The notes below the pieces were generated by a model. The model saw nothing but the letters and a program-made list of their open reading frames with translations, ran no database searches and was not told the DNA's origin. A DNA stretch of 53,484 nt, from NCBI GenBank assembly GCA_025456175.1, contig JALOLC010000008.1:1-53484 (forward strand), read 5' to 3'. Positions within the stretch are counted from its first letter, which is position 1. The number at the start of each line of letters is the position of its first letter. The stretch comes from Acidobacteriota bacterium. GTDB lineage: Bacteria; Acidobacteriota; Aminicenantia; UBA2199. The position numbers and the translations under genes were made by a program. Shown one piece after another: positions 52,838-53,484 of this stretch.

Positions 52838-53484
52838 ATGCCGGTAACCAGGCTGGGCGAGCGAGGCGATTTCCCGGCGGTAGAGCGGGCCGGGCGCGGC
52901 GGCCTGCTGGCTTTCGGTGGCGACCTGTCGCCGCGGCGCCTGCTGCGCGCCTACGGCCGGGGGATCTTTCCGTGGTACGAGGAGGGCCAGCCTGTCCTGT
53001 GGTGGTCGCCCGCTCCGCGTTGTGTCCTTTTTCCCGGAGAGTTTCACGCCGGGGCCAGCCTGAAAAAAGTCCTGCGCCGCGGCGATTTCCGCTTCACATT
53101 CGACAAGGCATTCGCCGTCGTGATCGAGGCCTGCGCCCTGCCGCGCCCCGGCCAGCCCGGAACCTGGATCACCCCGGACATGAGGGCCGCGTATGTCGAT
53201 CTTCATCGCCTGGGCTACGGCCATTCCCTCGAGGTCTGGCGCGGCGAGAAGCTGGCCGGCGGTCTCTATGGCGTCTCCCTGGGACGCTGCTTCTTCGCCG
53301 AGTCGATGTTCCACTTCGAGAGCAACGCCTCCAAGGCCGCCCTGGCCGTCCTGGCCGCGACGCTGGCCAGGATGGACTGCGTCGTCATCGACTGCCAGGT
53401 GCCGGCCCCGCATCTGGCTGCCTGGGGCGCCCGCTGCATTCCTCGCCGCCGCTATCTCGAGCTCGTGCGTGCCGGGCTGCGCTA
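52838..53484 (+). CDS. aat: leucyl/phenylalanyl-tRNA--protein transferase, 3' end cut by window edge
   Basis: My own translation gives MPVTRLGERGDFPAVERAGRGGLLAFGGDLSPRRLLRAYGRGIFPWYEEGQPVLWWSPAPRCVLFP...GTWITPDMRAAYVDLHRLGYGHSLEVW...GGLYGVSLGRCFFAESMF. It is not in the ORF track because no stop is reached. Confidence 0.8.
   Translation, partial: MPVTRLGERGDFPAVERAGRGGLLAFGGDLSPRRLLRAYGRGIFPWYEEGQPVLWWSPAPRCVLFPGEFHAGASLKKVLRRGDFRFTFDKAFAVVIEACALPRPGQPGTWITPDMRAAYVDLHRLGYGHSLEVWRGEKLAGGLYGVSLGRCFFAESMFHFESNASKAALAVLAATLARMDCVVIDCQVPAPHLAAWGARCIPRRRYLELVRAGLR

Noticed and set aside
1-53484. tRNA, rRNA, tmRNA, RNase P, prophage or integrative element.
   Set aside because: No cloverleaf-like or conserved RNA signatures were noticed in any intergenic region. 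No integrase, recombinase, phage structural or conjugation genes are present.

Overview
This is a 53.5-kb high-GC bacterial chromosomal segment. Spot counts of 60-nt lines give about 70% GC in typical genes. It holds about 46 protein genes. I see no rRNA, tRNA, CRISPR array, integrase or transposase, and the taxon cannot be set from sequence alone.

Gene content, left to right:
- A tightly overlapping seven-gene hdrC-hdrB-hdrA-mvhD-(FeS)-(FeS)-(FAD/NAD(P)) operon of the Flx-Hdr electron-bifurcation type.
- A K+ neighbourhood: ktrB, ktrA, an EIIA-Ntr/PtsN-like gene and a convergent KimA-like APC transporter.
- nfo.
- Peptide and amino-acid scavenging genes: a family-5 SBP, an NSS symporter, an M14 carboxypeptidase overlapping an APC permease, M16, C69 and M3/Dcp peptidases, and an S12 hydrolase.
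- N-degron genes clpS-clpA, plus an aat ORF at the right edge that is absent from the supplied ORF track.
- Envelope genes: a beta-barrel OMP, an OmpA-domain protein, a DUF4097 repeat protein, a Wzx-like flippase, and a HasA/NodC-like GT2 synthase coupled to a sulfatase-family gene.
- A PAS hybrid histidine kinase.
- A roughly 3.7-kb low-GC stretch carrying a DUF4143-type AAA ATPase and a type III glutamine synthetase.

Observations that ordinary annotation does not explain:
1. At least seven intergenic long imperfect hairpins have arms made of tandem 7-nt repeats (GTGACAA, GTGAAAA, GGTGCAA and ACGGTNN types). They abut or contain the stop codons of flanking genes and place stop triplets in all three frames.
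2. Six genes have a start codon 6-9 nt after a canonical -10 box, which is a leaderless layout.
3. hdrA and the GT2 synthase each show a -1 break of reading frame.
4. A Fur-box-like GATAAT/ATTATC hexamer array sits in 31-bp tandem repeats.
5. A structured leader of about 130 nt precedes a compositionally atypical 81-codon ORF.

The many long antisense ORFs in the track are GC-driven shadows and were not annotated.
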